Below are positions 41,183 to 51,507 of a DNA stretch of 64,000 nt, piece by piece. The stretch is from Parcubacteria group bacterium. Its GTDB lineage: Bacteria; Patescibacteriota; Minisyncoccia; Moranbacterales; GCA-2747515. The notes beneath the pieces were generated by a model, which did not search any database, was not told the origin of the DNA, and saw only the letters and a list, made by a program, of their open reading frames with translations. Every line of letters begins with the position of its first letter. Positions within the stretch are counted from its first letter, which is position 1. The stretch is from assembly GCA_041660065.1 (NCBI GenBank), contig JBAZXC010000004.1, positions 10,098-74,097 of the forward strand. Direction: 5' to 3'. The position numbers and the translations under genes are program-made.

Positions 41183-41477
41183 ATTTAGACAAGTAGACTA
41201 ATTAGACACGTAGACTTGTAGACAAAACAAAAACAGGTGAAAACCTGTTTTTGTTTTTTTATAATGTCGAAAGTTCATCCATCTAATTATCGTCTACCTG
41301 TCTACGTGTCTACCAATCTACTTTTCTACTGATCTACCAGTCCCCGCCTGCATTGCGTGTGCAAAAGCACTGCGGGCAGGTACTTGTCTAAATATCTACA
41401 AGTCTCTGCCTGCTTACCTACTGGCAGGCAGGTATGGTATAGTAGAGGGAGTAAATACACATTGTAAAATAAAAAAT

Positions 41478-42929
41478 ATGGAAAAAAATATTTTGATCAA
41501 AAAAACAAAAGTTGTGGCAACACTTGGTCCGGTATCGGAAACCGTGGAGGTGTTGGAACAGATGATTCGTGCCGGACTCAATGTTGCACGGTTCAATTTT
41601 TCTCACGGGGCATATGAATGGCATGAAAAGGTGATGCAAAATGTACGCACCGCGGCAAAAAATGTGGGCGTGCCAATTGCGATCCTCGCAGATTTGCAGG
41701 GTCCGCGTGTACGCACGCATGTTTCTGCAGAAGTGGTGATCACATCCGGTGAAACGATCAAATTGTTTGACGTGTCGCAAACTGATGAAGTGATCGCAAA
41801 AAGTGCGGCAAATGCAAAATATATCGCACTGGACTGTCCACATATCGTTGATGCGATCACTGTAGGCAATGACATCCTCATCGAAGACGGACTCATGAAG
41901 TTGCGCGCAGTGGATAAGACGGCGGAGTATGTTGTCTGTGATGTGGTGGATGGCGGCACAGTCAAAAATCACAAGGGCGTGAATATTCCTGATGCGAGCA
42001 TCCCATTGCCGACGATGACAAAAAAAGATTATGATGATCTCGCATTTGCATTGGCGCATGATGTGGATTACGTGGCATTGTCGTTTGTGCGCAACGGGCA
42101 GGATATCGTCGATGTGCGGCAAAATATGCAAAAGATCATCGGCGAAGAAACATACTTGCCAAAGATCATATCAAAGATCGAATGCAAAGAAGCATTGGGG
42201 AATATGGATCGTATTCTCGCGGCGACGGATGCCGTGATGATCGCGCGTGGGGATCTCGGTATCGAAATGGATCCGACGACGATCGCAATCCTCGAAAAAG
42301 ATATTTTGGAAAAATCCATTCATCATTTGCGTCCGGTCATCGTCGCAACGCAAATGCTTGCGAGCATGGAACATAACGCACGACCGACTCGCGCGGAGGT
42401 AGCGGATGTGACCAACGCTGTTGCAGACCATACGGATGCCGTGATGCTTTCCGGTGAATCCAGTATGGGTGCATATCCGGTAGAGGCCGTGGACACAATG
42501 GCACAGATCGCGGCACATACAGAAGTGTCTCCCTATGATGATATGTTGGTGGCGATGCCGATCACGTTTTCATCCGAAGAAGTGCGTATTGCTCATGCAA
42601 CATACGATTTTGCAAAAGAAATGCATGCACAAGCGATTGTGATCTATTCGGAAAGTGGGTACACTGCGCGGATGCTGTCACATTATCGACCGGAACAGCA
42701 GATCATTGTCGTTACAAATCGTCAAAAAGCATACAACCAGCTCGCGCTCGTATGGGGCGTAAACTCGTTTCTTGCCGCGGGCGAAGAAAGCCGCGAGCAG
42801 TGCATCAACCATGCGATCGATGCGGCAAAGGGAAAAGGGATCTTGCACACAGGTGATCTCGTGATCACAATTCTTGGCACCACAAAATTGGGAAAGAAAT
42901 TAACACTTACAGGTACGCGTTTGATATAA
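41478..42929 (+). CDS. pyk: pyruvate kinase
   Basis: KTKVVATLGP, ARFNFSHG, MIARGDLG, ATQMLASM and VMLSGES motifs. Confidence 0.97.
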   Translation: MEKNILIKKTKVVATLGPVSETVEVLEQMIRAGLNVARFNFSHGAYEWHEKVMQNVRTAAKNVGVPIAILADLQGPRVRTHVSAEVVITSGETIKLFDVSQTDEVIAKSAANAKYIALDCPHIVDAITVGNDILIEDGLMKLRAVDKTAEYVVCDVVDGGTVKNHKGVNIPDASIPLPTMTKKDYDDLAFALAHDVDYVALSFVRNGQDIVDVRQNMQKIIGEETYLPKIISKIECKEALGNMDRILAATDAVMIARGDLGIEMDPTTIAILEKDILEKSIHHLRPVIVATQMLASMEHNARPTRAEVADVTNAVADHTDAVMLSGESSMGAYPVEAVDTMAQIAAHTEVSPYDDMLVAMPITFSSEEVRIAHATYDFAKEMHAQAIVIYSESGYTARMLSHYRPEQQIIVVTNRQKAYNQLALVWGVNSFLAAGEESREQCINHAIDAAKGKGILHTGDLVITILGTTKLGKKLTLTGTRLI

Positions 42930-43132
42930 AATTCTTCAGTGGCAGATATTACACTTCTTTGGAACCATGTAATCTCTCACATGCGTTGTTTTGTCCATAA
43001 AAAAATTTGTCATTGATATGTGGAGTAGGTATATTTTTTGCTCTTGATAAAATGACACTGGAGATGCTATGATGATACATCCGCTACAGTAGGTAAAAAT
43101 TTTCATTGAAAAAATACAAAGGAGGTATTTCA

Positions 43133-43837
43133 ATGACGGATAAAGTCATTACACAAATTGGTTCTTTGCCACATATGAATGTGAGTGAAGCGGTTAGTTA
43201 CAGCTTGCTTCACGAAATCCCATTTTTCCCTGAGCTCCCAATCCTTGGTGATTCGATGTTGAATTACGCAAAAAATCCCGGGAAAATGAGTTGTCTGGAA
43301 GAGTTCAAAAAACATCGATTTTCGCGTGTAAAGATCCAATGCATCGGTCCGGCAATACTGATCACAACAGGGTGTGGTGAGAATGAGGCATTAGAGGTCA
43401 TTTGCAATCACATTACCACGATCATGGATGGTCTTTACGCAGACGAAGTCATTCTTTTTTTGGATGAGCCGGCATTGGGGCAGGCGGGGTTTGATTATGA
43501 GAGCATATGGGATGCGATTTTCTCAAATTTTCATGTTGTCCGTGGTGTGCATTGCTGTGGTCCGATGGATTGGGATATTCTTTTGCGATCATCTGTTGTT
43601 GATATGATCAGCTTTGATGCTTCTCAGTTCAATATTGCTCTTTATCCATACTATCGCAACGGCAAAAAGATTGCGTGGGGCGTTGAGAGAAAAGAGCACG
43701 TAGCTGATTTTCGTGCAGGCGATCTGATCACACCGCCATGCGGTATGAGTCCGATGAGATATAATGTCAAAGACTGTACTGATCAACTGATCAACCTCAA
43801 ACAGATCAAAGATCATGCCATAAAAATGATGGTGTAA
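43133..43837 (+). CDS. compact cobalamin-independent methionine synthase (MetE catalytic barrel)-like protein
   Basis: IGSLPH, LDEPAL, GVHCCG, SFDA and ITPPCG motifs; AGGAGG RBS. Confidence 0.6.
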   Translation: MTDKVITQIGSLPHMNVSEAVSYSLLHEIPFFPELPILGDSMLNYAKNPGKMSCLEEFKKHRFSRVKIQCIGPAILITTGCGENEALEVICNHITTIMDGLYADEVILFLDEPALGQAGFDYESIWDAIFSNFHVVRGVHCCGPMDWDILLRSSVVDMISFDASQFNIALYPYYRNGKKIAWGVERKEHVADFRAGDLITPPCGMSPMRYNVKDCTDQLINLKQIKDHAIKMMV

Positions 43838-43927
43838 AAAATGATCTTACCAGTATCAAAGAGACTTCTGATAGTAATTATCACGGGTCTCTTTTCATTT
43901 TGAGTGCATGCTTGTATCATGATAGAT

Positions 43928-44617
43928 ATGAAAAAATATCTTGTCATTTCAGTGATCGTGATCATTGTAGGCGTGATATTTTTTATCTGGTCAAAAAATT
44001 ATTTTGTACAACCATTTAATAATGTCCAAGATATTCCAATCCAAGATGAGAAGCAGATGCTTCCCAACGATATAATATCTCCGGAAGTGCCCAATATATC
44101 TGATGCGAAATCACGTGATTTTCAGTCTCCGCTGGAAAGAGCAAACGAGCGTGTGATCAAAAAATATTTTGGCATATTCATTACGCAGCAAAATTCTCCC
44201 ATTCAACCAGAAAGATTTTATGGTTATCATACGGGTACTGATTTTGAGATTTTTCCTGAAGAACGTGATGCACCAGTTGTGGTAAAGGCGATCTGCACAG
44301 GTCAAGTGCTTGTAAAGAGATCTGCTACAGGTTATGGCGGTGTGGTAGTACAATCATGTGATGTGAATGGTCAGCCTGTGACAGTGATCTATGGTCACAT
44401 GAAGCTGGCGAGCATTTCTCAAAAAATAGGCGACCATGTGGATATGGGTGAGGAAATTGGGGTTTTGGGATCGGATAAGAGCATAGAAACCGGCGGAGAA
44501 CGGAAGCATCTCCATCTCGGCATCCACAAAGGAACAGGTATCAACATCATGGGCTATGTCCAGAAAAAAAATGAACTCGATGCATGGCTTGATCCGTGCG
44601 TGTATGTTTGCGACTAG
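43928..44617 (+). CDS. M23 family metallopeptidase
   Basis: N-terminal TM; HTGTD, YGH and HLHLG motifs. Confidence 0.9.
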   Translation: MKKYLVISVIVIIVGVIFFIWSKNYFVQPFNNVQDIPIQDEKQMLPNDIISPEVPNISDAKSRDFQSPLERANERVIKKYFGIFITQQNSPIQPERFYGYHTGTDFEIFPEERDAPVVVKAICTGQVLVKRSATGYGGVVVQSCDVNGQPVTVIYGHMKLASISQKIGDHVDMGEEIGVLGSDKSIETGGERKHLHLGIHKGTGINIMGYVQKKNELDAWLDPCVYVCD

Positions 44618-44672
44618 GTCGTATGCAACGTGAATATAAAAGAGCGAAGAATTTTCTTCGCTCTTTGGTTTT

Positions 44673-45281
44673 TTATGTGAGGTGATCAATGGATCGTCTT
44701 AGATTAGATTTTGCTTGCTTTTCATATTTTTCTCTAAAATATTCTGTTAGAAATATGAAAGGACGGTGCAAAAAACGTCTGAGTATCTTGGCGCGTTCTC
44801 TTGCAAAAATATCTGCGGGAATATGAGAATACTCTTTACGAATATTTTTCTCATAGGTGTCAAAGATCTCAGTTGATTGTCCAAAGATCGTCAAGTCAAT
44901 ATCAATGATGACTTTGGCATCATTGTCTGCAGGACACGTGTTATGTGTTGTTGACAAAATGAGATTGGCCACTTTTTCTCCAAATGTGTCTGGCATGCCC
45001 ATTTCTCGACATAACGCAGTGGCGAATGTGGCACTTCGTTTCTCATCTCCGCTCTGAGGAAAGGCATCGTGCATAAAGATTGCCATAGCAACAGTCTCTC
45101 TGTCATTGATCAAGCGTGTAGGGACATCTTTTAGCTCTGCGATGCAAAAAGCGATATGTCCGTAAAACGTGTGATAAAATCTCGCTGGTGTGCGATATGT
45201 CGCAACGAGTTTTGTATAGGTGTCTGAGCATCTTTTCTCGGTGCCGAACTTTTTGCAAATGTGCATGAAATATTTTTCCAT
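44673..45281 (-). CDS. HD-superfamily phosphohydrolase (COG4339-like)
   Basis: RFYHT..HI, MHDA, EKRSA, DIDLTIFG and IRKEYSH motifs. Confidence 0.8.
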   Translation of the reverse strand: MEKYFMHICKKFGTEKRCSDTYTKLVATYRTPARFYHTFYGHIAFCIAELKDVPTRLINDRETVAMAIFMHDAFPQSGDEKRSATFATALCREMGMPDTFGEKVANLILSTTHNTCPADNDAKVIIDIDLTIFGQSTEIFDTYEKNIRKEYSHIPADIFARERAKILRRFLHRPFIFLTEYFREKYEKQAKSNLRRSIDHLT

Positions 45282-45283
45282 TT

Positions 45284-46339
45284 TCAGATCTCCTTTGAAG
45301 TGGAAATTTTTTGCAGAAAATTTATAGCGCGTTTTCGCAGTGTGCAGATATTTCCATCTGAGTTAATGACATGTAGCTCCAAGCGGTTTTTATGAGCGAT
45401 ATCGATCGATTGGGCGAGGTCGGGGATTTCTGTGATAAAACGCATATGCCTGTCAGTGCCACGCTCTGTGATTCGTCGACGATTTTCCATTTCATCTTCG
45501 CAGACCACATAAAGAACTTTGTGTCCGATGTAGCGGTATAATTCTTTGCCAGGTTTCAACCCATAGGAAATTTCCAAAAAAACGTTGGTGCCTTTTGGCA
45601 CTTTTTGCAGTGCTTTTTTCAAAAATTGAAACCACTGCGGTGCAACAAATGCGGTCAATTCGGCATCGTGTGTAATTGCCAGATCGACGAGGTCGGTCTT
45701 GTCTCCGAACTTTGCAATGATCAATGGTTTGATCAGCGCGGAAAAAAGATCTGTGTTGATGTGGATATTGATTGGGTCGATCCCAGTAAGCATTGTGAGA
45801 AATGTGGATTTGCCTGAGCCAGGTCTTCCGACAACCATGAACAGATTTTTAATCCCCAGCGATTTTTCCAGTAATAGCGTGACAATGGCAGGAGAGACAC
45901 ATGATGCGAGATCGTAAAAATCGCATTCTGTCGTAGATTTTCTCGCTCGTGAAGCGGAAATACCGGCAAATTCTTTTTCGGCCAAGATATAGAAGATCTT
46001 ATCGATGCCAAATTGTTCTTTGTTGAGTTTCATCACACGCTTTTCATTTTCCATATCGTTTTCGTCGCGTATGCCACGGATCATGATGATGCGCGAGAGG
46101 TCGACATACTCTTGGGAATATTCTGCGAATGTTTTTATCAAAACATTTTTTGGAAGAGGATAGTGTTGCCACATCGTTTTGCATTCCTCCTCAGAAAACC
46201 AGCGTGTGCCATTTTTTGCTTCATTGGTTGAGCAGATGATCGTCACTTCGGGGAATATTTCTGCGGATCTTTTTGCAATTTGGAAATGACCATGTGTCGG
46301 CGGGGTAAAGCATCCAGGATATACAGCAGTTGTTTTCAT
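45284..46339 (-). CDS. coaD: phosphopantetheine adenylyltransferase fused to a dephospho-CoA-kinase-like P-loop domain
   Basis: AVYPGCFTPPTHGH, RGIRD, ISAS (CoaD), then VVGRPGSGKST and CoaE-like downstream motifs. Confidence 0.75.
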   Translation of the reverse strand: MKTTAVYPGCFTPPTHGHFQIAKRSAEIFPEVTIICSTNEAKNGTRWFSEEECKTMWQHYPLPKNVLIKTFAEYSQEYVDLSRIIMIRGIRDENDMENEKRVMKLNKEQFGIDKIFYILAEKEFAGISASRARKSTTECDFYDLASCVSPAIVTLLLEKSLGIKNLFMVVGRPGSGKSTFLTMLTGIDPINIHINTDLFSALIKPLIIAKFGDKTDLVDLAITHDAELTAFVAPQWFQFLKKALQKVPKGTNVFLEISYGLKPGKELYRYIGHKVLYVVCEDEMENRRRITERGTDRHMRFITEIPDLAQSIDIAHKNRLELHVINSDGNICTLRKRAINFLQKISTSKEI

Positions 46340-46429
46340 AGTTGCCTCCGTATGATGTGATTGTTAAGGAACGTGTGACCACATGATAGAAAAATAACGA
46401 TCTTTTGTTCGGAAAGATCACAAAAAATA

Positions 46430-46499
46430 TTGACAGGGGGTGAATTATCCTTTAAAATAGGGGGTATTAAGCATTGATAGTGACGAAAATTTTCGTCAC
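46430..46499 (+). promoter_or_regulatory. promoter plus palindromic operator
   Basis: TTGACA-N17-TAAAAT (46430-46458) and perfect palindrome GTGACGAAAATTTTCGTCAC (46480-46499). Confidence 0.65.
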
Positions 46500-46511
46500 C
46501 ACATTATTTTT

Positions 46512-47270
46512 ATGAGCGAATATAAAGCAATCACTAGACAACTGAGAGAATTAGGTTTCAATCGCAATGAAGCAAAGACGTATGTCGCTCTGACACAATT
46601 GGGAGAATCCAATGCTACAAATATTGCAAAAAAAGCCGGTCTCCCGCGAACGACTGTGATCAGCATCTTACAAAAACTGGAAGGCGAAAAGTACATTTCC
46701 ATCCACAGATATCGCGGAAGAAGTTATTTTTGGATCGAGTCGCCACACATGCTCAAGCAGGCATTTATGAATCGTGTGAAGCAAGCAGATGAATTGGGCA
46801 TGCTTTTGGCCGATCTTTATCGCTCAGAGTCTGATTTTCCTTTTGCAAAGATTTATGACAGCAAAGCGAGCATCAAATCATTTATTGAAAAAATGATACT
46901 TGGGATGAAGAAAAAAAGTGAGATTTACACGATAGAAAATCCGCATGCGGGAAATTATCATAAAATTTTATCGGAGGAATTTTTCTACGCAATGCTGGAC
47001 TTGAAGAAAGAAAAAAATATTATCACAAAATCTCTGGTAACCGCAGGATCGATCAAAGACATCCGTCCACAAAAAATAGAAAGACAGACGATCATCCTCC
47101 GCGAAATGCCAAAGGACATCGCATTTAAGGCATCGTTCTGGATTGTTGGTGATACTCTGGTTCTGTTTTCCGGAAAATATCCCTTTATTGTAGCGATCGA
47201 TCATCGCATCATAACGGACAGCATGAAAAGTATCTTCAACTATTTTTGGAACATTTCTACACAGAAATGA
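46512..47270 (+). CDS. TrmB-family (sugar-sensing type) transcriptional regulator
   Basis: LGFNRNEAKTYVAL...IAKKAGLPRTTV wHTH plus effector domain. Confidence 0.88.
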   Translation: MSEYKAITRQLRELGFNRNEAKTYVALTQLGESNATNIAKKAGLPRTTVISILQKLEGEKYISIHRYRGRSYFWIESPHMLKQAFMNRVKQADELGMLLADLYRSESDFPFAKIYDSKASIKSFIEKMILGMKKKSEIYTIENPHAGNYHKILSEEFFYAMLDLKKEKNIITKSLVTAGSIKDIRPQKIERQTIILREMPKDIAFKASFWIVGDTLVLFSGKYPFIVAIDHRIITDSMKSIFNYFWNISTQK

Positions 47271-47459
47271 TATGATCGGTGCATGTTTGATGGTAAAGTT
47301 TAAAATATTTTTCAATCAGTCTCCCGAACATTCTCACATGTTATTTTTACAGAGGTACAAAAGGATGTTACTATGGTGGCATAGATTGACAGGCAAATTC
47401 TTTTACACAACATCGGATCACATTTTTTATTTTGCGATGTAAGAATTAACAATACGCTT

Positions 47460-47939
47460 ATGATGGAACTTGAAGATAAGATCAAAGGGGTAATTGCCGG
47501 GCTTTTTGGATCGATCATTGCCAGTTTTGGCGTTGCTTTGGGCGCATCTCTTTTGACAACGAATTATTGGACGGTGATACTCTCCGGCTTGATCGTCGGT
47601 TTGGCCAGTAGTTTTGCCAATGCTTTTGGGCCGTTGGTTTCCAGTACGCGTATGCATAATTCTCAAATGTGTTCCAGTGATGATCTGGGACAGGCCTTTG
47701 GATCATGTTTTCTTACATTTATCTTTGTCGGGATGCCTCTTATTTCTTATGTGTTGATCAATGATCTTTCACTTGCAAGGATCATCTCGATCATCACGGG
47801 ACTGGTGCTTCTCTTTATTCTCGGTGTACATGAGGCGCAACTGGAGCATCGATCCCCGTTGGTCTTTGGTTTCACCATGATGATGGTTGGCGTTGTTTGC
47901 GCATATGTTTTTTACCTTTTGGCCAATCTGCTGAAATAA
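47460..47939 (+). CDS. VIT1/CCC1-like membrane protein
   Basis: Five TM segments; GLFGSII..GVALG, ASSFANAFG. Confidence 0.6.
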   Translation: MMELEDKIKGVIAGLFGSIIASFGVALGASLLTTNYWTVILSGLIVGLASSFANAFGPLVSSTRMHNSQMCSSDDLGQAFGSCFLTFIFVGMPLISYVLINDLSLARIISIITGLVLLFILGVHEAQLEHRSPLVFGFTMMMVGVVCAYVFYLLANLLK

Positions 47940-48060
47940 AAGCATTATATCGGTACTTGACTTTTATGGGTCTGACTCTCTATTATGGCAGAAAGAGATT
48001 TCGCATAGGTTCTGGTAGGCTGCTTTTGGGATATTTTACCTAACAAATTTTTAGGGAGGA

Positions 48061-48222
48061 ATGATCATGAAGGAGTGTACGTGCGATAACAGACATTGTT
48101 GCTGTTGTTCTCATACCAAAAAAGAAACGATCTATAGCCAAAATGAGTTTGGGCATAAGTTTTCTTTTGAAAGAATAACGTGTGCTGACTGCGGGAAATG
48201 GATCACGGATAAACGGTGTTGA
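48061..48222 (+). CDS. 53-aa Cys-rich small protein (absent from the ORF track)
   Basis: GGGAGGA RBS (best spaced for the second ATG, 48067); MIMKECTCDNRHCCCCSHTKK...TCADCGKWITDKRC*; hairpin terminator after. Confidence 0.6.
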   Translation: MIMKECTCDNRHCCCCSHTKKETIYSQNEFGHKFSFERITCADCGKWITDKRC

Positions 48223-48391
48223 CGTATTTCTTCTGTTCTTTTGTCCAAAATAATGCTACCGATGCTGTACTTGCAGAGGTAGCATTTTATTTTCTATAGA
48301 GGATCAACTTATAAATGTTGACACGTGACTTATTATCTGATTTACTTGAGTATCAGTTGTTTACCAATCACATAATAATACGGAGGTGATT

Positions 48392-49262
48392 ATGTCTGAA
48401 AAGCACTATACATTGAACGGTTCGGCAATGGGCATTATTTTGAAAGAGCTCGTGAGAAGGGCGATCGTTGTGGCTCGCAGGCAGATCAAAAATTTTGAGG
48501 TGACAAAAAAAGAGGGGTATAGCGGAAATATGGATGACGTTTTTACATCAGCGGATCGAATGGCACAAGAGATCTATGTAAAACTGCTCCAGGAGTGTTT
48601 TCCGCAAATTGGTATTATCGGAGGAAGATTCTTTGGTGATTTCCACTGCCGACGGGATTGATGCGTACTTCACTATTGATCCTATCGATGGGACCAAGGC
48701 GTATATCAGACGCCAATCGCATGGCATTGGTTCAATGGTGGCATTTGTATCCAATGGAGTAGTTGAATCAGCATATATCGGAGACATCAACAGCCAGGAA
48801 ATTTTTGGGTTTCGTCCCGATTCTTCCAGCGTCTGGAGAATTACGGATTTGGAGGTGTTTGAAAGACTTGAGGCAAGTCCGCCTTCGGTGGGTATTGGTG
48901 ATATGTATCTACTCCTTAGGGAAAGAGAGCGTATATACAGTCCAGTTTCTCGTCAAATTATTGATAAATTCAAGTCGATCTTGATCGATGGTGGGAGTAT
49001 CGGCATCTGGGCAGCTCGTTTATGGAAAGGAGAAGTGGGCGGACTTCTTTTAAATCCTTCGTGGGAAACGCCATGGGATTCAAGCCCGGTTATCGGGATC
49101 TCAAAAAAATTAGGGTACGTTTTTTTGAGACCATCAAGGGAGGGTTGGGGAGTGTACGAACCCGTTGTGTCCAAAGAGAAGTATGAACGCAAGCATGACA
49201 CACTCATCATTCATAAAAATCATCTGACGCAACTTGGAAAACACGTCTCAGTTTTTAAATGA
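48392..49262 (+). pseudogene. inositol monophosphatase-family gene, frameshifted near 48620
   Basis: DVFTSADRMAQE...FPQIGII in one frame; EED...FTIDPIDGT...WDSSP in the next. Confidence 0.75.
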
Positions 49263-49443
49263 TAAAAAAAGAATGGCTTAGCGGCAAGTGTGAAAAAACT
49301 TGCCGCTTTTTACTTTTTAATCGTCTGTTGTTCTGTTTACTCGCAGGGACGGTATGTTGTTACCTTTTGTTTTTTTGTGTACTATGATATAGTACTTCGG
49401 ATCGTGAAAATGGAAGTAAGATCAATAGAATGCAATAAATAAT

Positions 49444-49528
49444 GGTGAGGTGGCCGAGTGGTTGAAGGCGCACGCTTGGAAAGCGTGTTAGGGGCAACTC
49501 TACGCAGGTTCGAATCCTGTCCTCACCG
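49444..49528 (+). tRNA. tRNA-Ser(GGA)
   Basis: GGTGAGG/CCTCACC acceptor stem, anticodon loop TTGGAAA, long variable arm, GTTCGAATC. Confidence 0.93.
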
Positions 49529-49725
49529 CCCTGTACCGTACGGTACAGGGCTCCGCCAGAAATAAAAAACGGAGTCAAATATCGTACGAAAAAACAGTCC
49601 TACGCCATACGATACAGGACTGTTTTTGTATGGGGAAGAATAGACGTTGAAATTTTTTTGCTGTGAATTATGATAGACAATTCACTTAAATATGCTACGA
49701 TGAGCTTACAAATTAATGGTTTTTC

Positions 49726-50715
49726 ATGTCTATGAAACCGATCATGCAGGTGAAAAATTTGACTAAGGAATTTGTCTTTCCGGTGAAACAACAGTCGGCA
49801 GGATGGTTCAAAAACTTCGTTGCACCACAAAAACGTACGGTTGTCGCTGTGGACGATGTGTCTTTTAGTGTTGGTGCGGGAGAGCGGATCGCTTTTATCG
49901 GTCCAAATGGCGCAGGGAAGTCCACGACGATCAAAATGCTTACCGGTATTTTGCATCCGACCAGCGGATCGATCGATGTGTTGGGTTTTGATCCGGCACG
50001 CGACCGCAAAAAATTGGCGTATCAGATCGGTACCGTCTTTGGACAGCGATCGCAACTTTTGCCCAATTTACCGCTTACGGACTCGTTGGAATTTTTTGGT
50101 GTGATGTATGATCTGACGGACAAACAGATTGCAGAGCGCATCGCAGAACTTGTGGAACTTTTTGGTCTTCAAAAATTTATGGACCAGCCTGTGCGCAAAT
50201 TGTCTCTCGGTCAGCGTATGCGCGGGGAAGTTGCGGCATCACTGATGCATCGACCGCGGATCATTCTCTTGGATGAGCCGACGATCGGATTGGATGTGGT
50301 TGCAAAGAAGCGATTGCGAGAATTATTGTTGCGCATCAATGCGGAGCAAGGCACGACGATCTTTTTGACATCGCATGATGTGGGAGATATCGAGCTCTTG
50401 TGTGATCGCACGATCGTGATCCATCATGGCGCGATCATCAAAGATTTGCCGACGAAGGAATTGGCGCATACATTCGTTTTTGAAAAATACATCGATCTCA
50501 TCCCGCAGGAAACCTTTCGCCATTTTCCCGCGTTGCCACAGGGCGTGCGATATCTCGTGGAGGACAAAGATAAAATTTCTATTGTTGTAGATATCAGTGT
50601 GATCAGTGTGACGCATGCGCTGACAAAAGTTCTGGCACTTTTTGATGTGCAGGATGTTGATGTTTATGATGCAGATCTGGAAACTGTGATCCGACATATT
50701 TATGAAAAAGCTTAG
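49726..50715 (+). CDS. ABC transporter ATP-binding protein
   Basis: [23 protein letters not shown] and TSHD motifs. Confidence 0.95.
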   Translation: MSMKPIMQVKNLTKEFVFPVKQQSAGWFKNFVAPQKRTVVAVDDVSFSVGAGERIAFIGPNGAGKSTTIKMLTGILHPTSGSIDVLGFDPARDRKKLAYQIGTVFGQRSQLLPNLPLTDSLEFFGVMYDLTDKQIAERIAELVELFGLQKFMDQPVRKLSLGQRMRGEVAASLMHRPRIILLDEPTIGLDVVAKKRLRELLLRINAEQGTTIFLTSHDVGDIELLCDRTIVIHHGAIIKDLPTKELAHTFVFEKYIDLIPQETFRHFPALPQGVRYLVEDKDKISIVVDISVISVTHALTKVLALFDVQDVDVYDADLETVIRHIYEKA

Positions 50716-51502
50716 ACTCGCGCACAAGATCATCACAACGCTCATCAAAGATCAATGGTATTATCGCGGTCGTGTGATTGCGGATATGATGTTGATGTTT
50801 GTCCGATGCGGGGTGTTGCTTGTGTTGTATGCATATGTATTCCGTCTCAAAAACGGTGTGATCAACGACACGACGTTTGGAGTTGTGGCGTGGAGTATTT
50901 TTTTCTATTTTGCTTTTATCACATTGCGTTTGCGCGAGATCACACGCATGATCATGCAAGATGTGCGCAGTGGTACTGTGGAAACACTCTTTGCCAAACC
51001 AGTGTCATATATCTTTTACCGTGTGATGTGGCAATTGGGCAGCGGGATCAGTTCGTTTGTGATTGTGAGCGTGTGTGGTAGCGCACTACTGATCTGGTGG
51101 GTCGGCATACCGGAAACGATGACGATCGGTATTTTCCTCCCGACACTTTTTGCAGTTTTTTGTGGCGCGATCATATTGACGCTGACACTGTATGCGATCG
51201 TCGGATTTATGGCGTTTTGGATCGAAGATGTGAATCCGATCTTCTGGCTCGTGGATAAAATTGTCATGGTGTTGGGTGGCTCCTATTTGCCGGTCGCACT
51301 TTTCCCGCCTCTCCTGTACAAGGTTGCCGTGTGGAGTCCTTTTGGCGCAGCGAGTTTTATCACACACACAGTGAATGTCTCATGGCAAGAAAAATGGCCG
51401 ATGCTTGTCGGGATCCAAATAATGTGGATTGGCATTGGTCTCGTGGTGTTATATGTGATCAATCATTACGCGCACAAGAGAGTATCGATCAATGGCGGAT
51501 AA
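50702..51502 (+). CDS. ABC-2 family permease
   Basis: Multi-TM; [19 protein letters not shown]. Confidence 0.88.
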   Translation: MKKLRLAHKIITTLIKDQWYYRGRVIADMMLMFVRCGVLLVLYAYVFRLKNGVINDTTFGVVAWSIFFYFAFITLRLREITRMIMQDVRSGTVETLFAKPVSYIFYRVMWQLGSGISSFVIVSVCGSALLIWWVGIPETMTIGIFLPTLFAVFCGAIILTLTLYAIVGFMAFWIEDVNPIFWLVDKIVMVLGGSYLPVALFPPLLYKVAVWSPFGAASFITHTVNVSWQEKWPMLVGIQIMWIGIGLVVLYVINHYAHKRVSINGG

Positions 51503-51507
51503 AATAT

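Noticed and set aside
49360-49578. 72-aa minus-strand ORF
   Set aside because: It is antisense to tRNA-Ser(GGA) and is a spurious translation of the tRNA.
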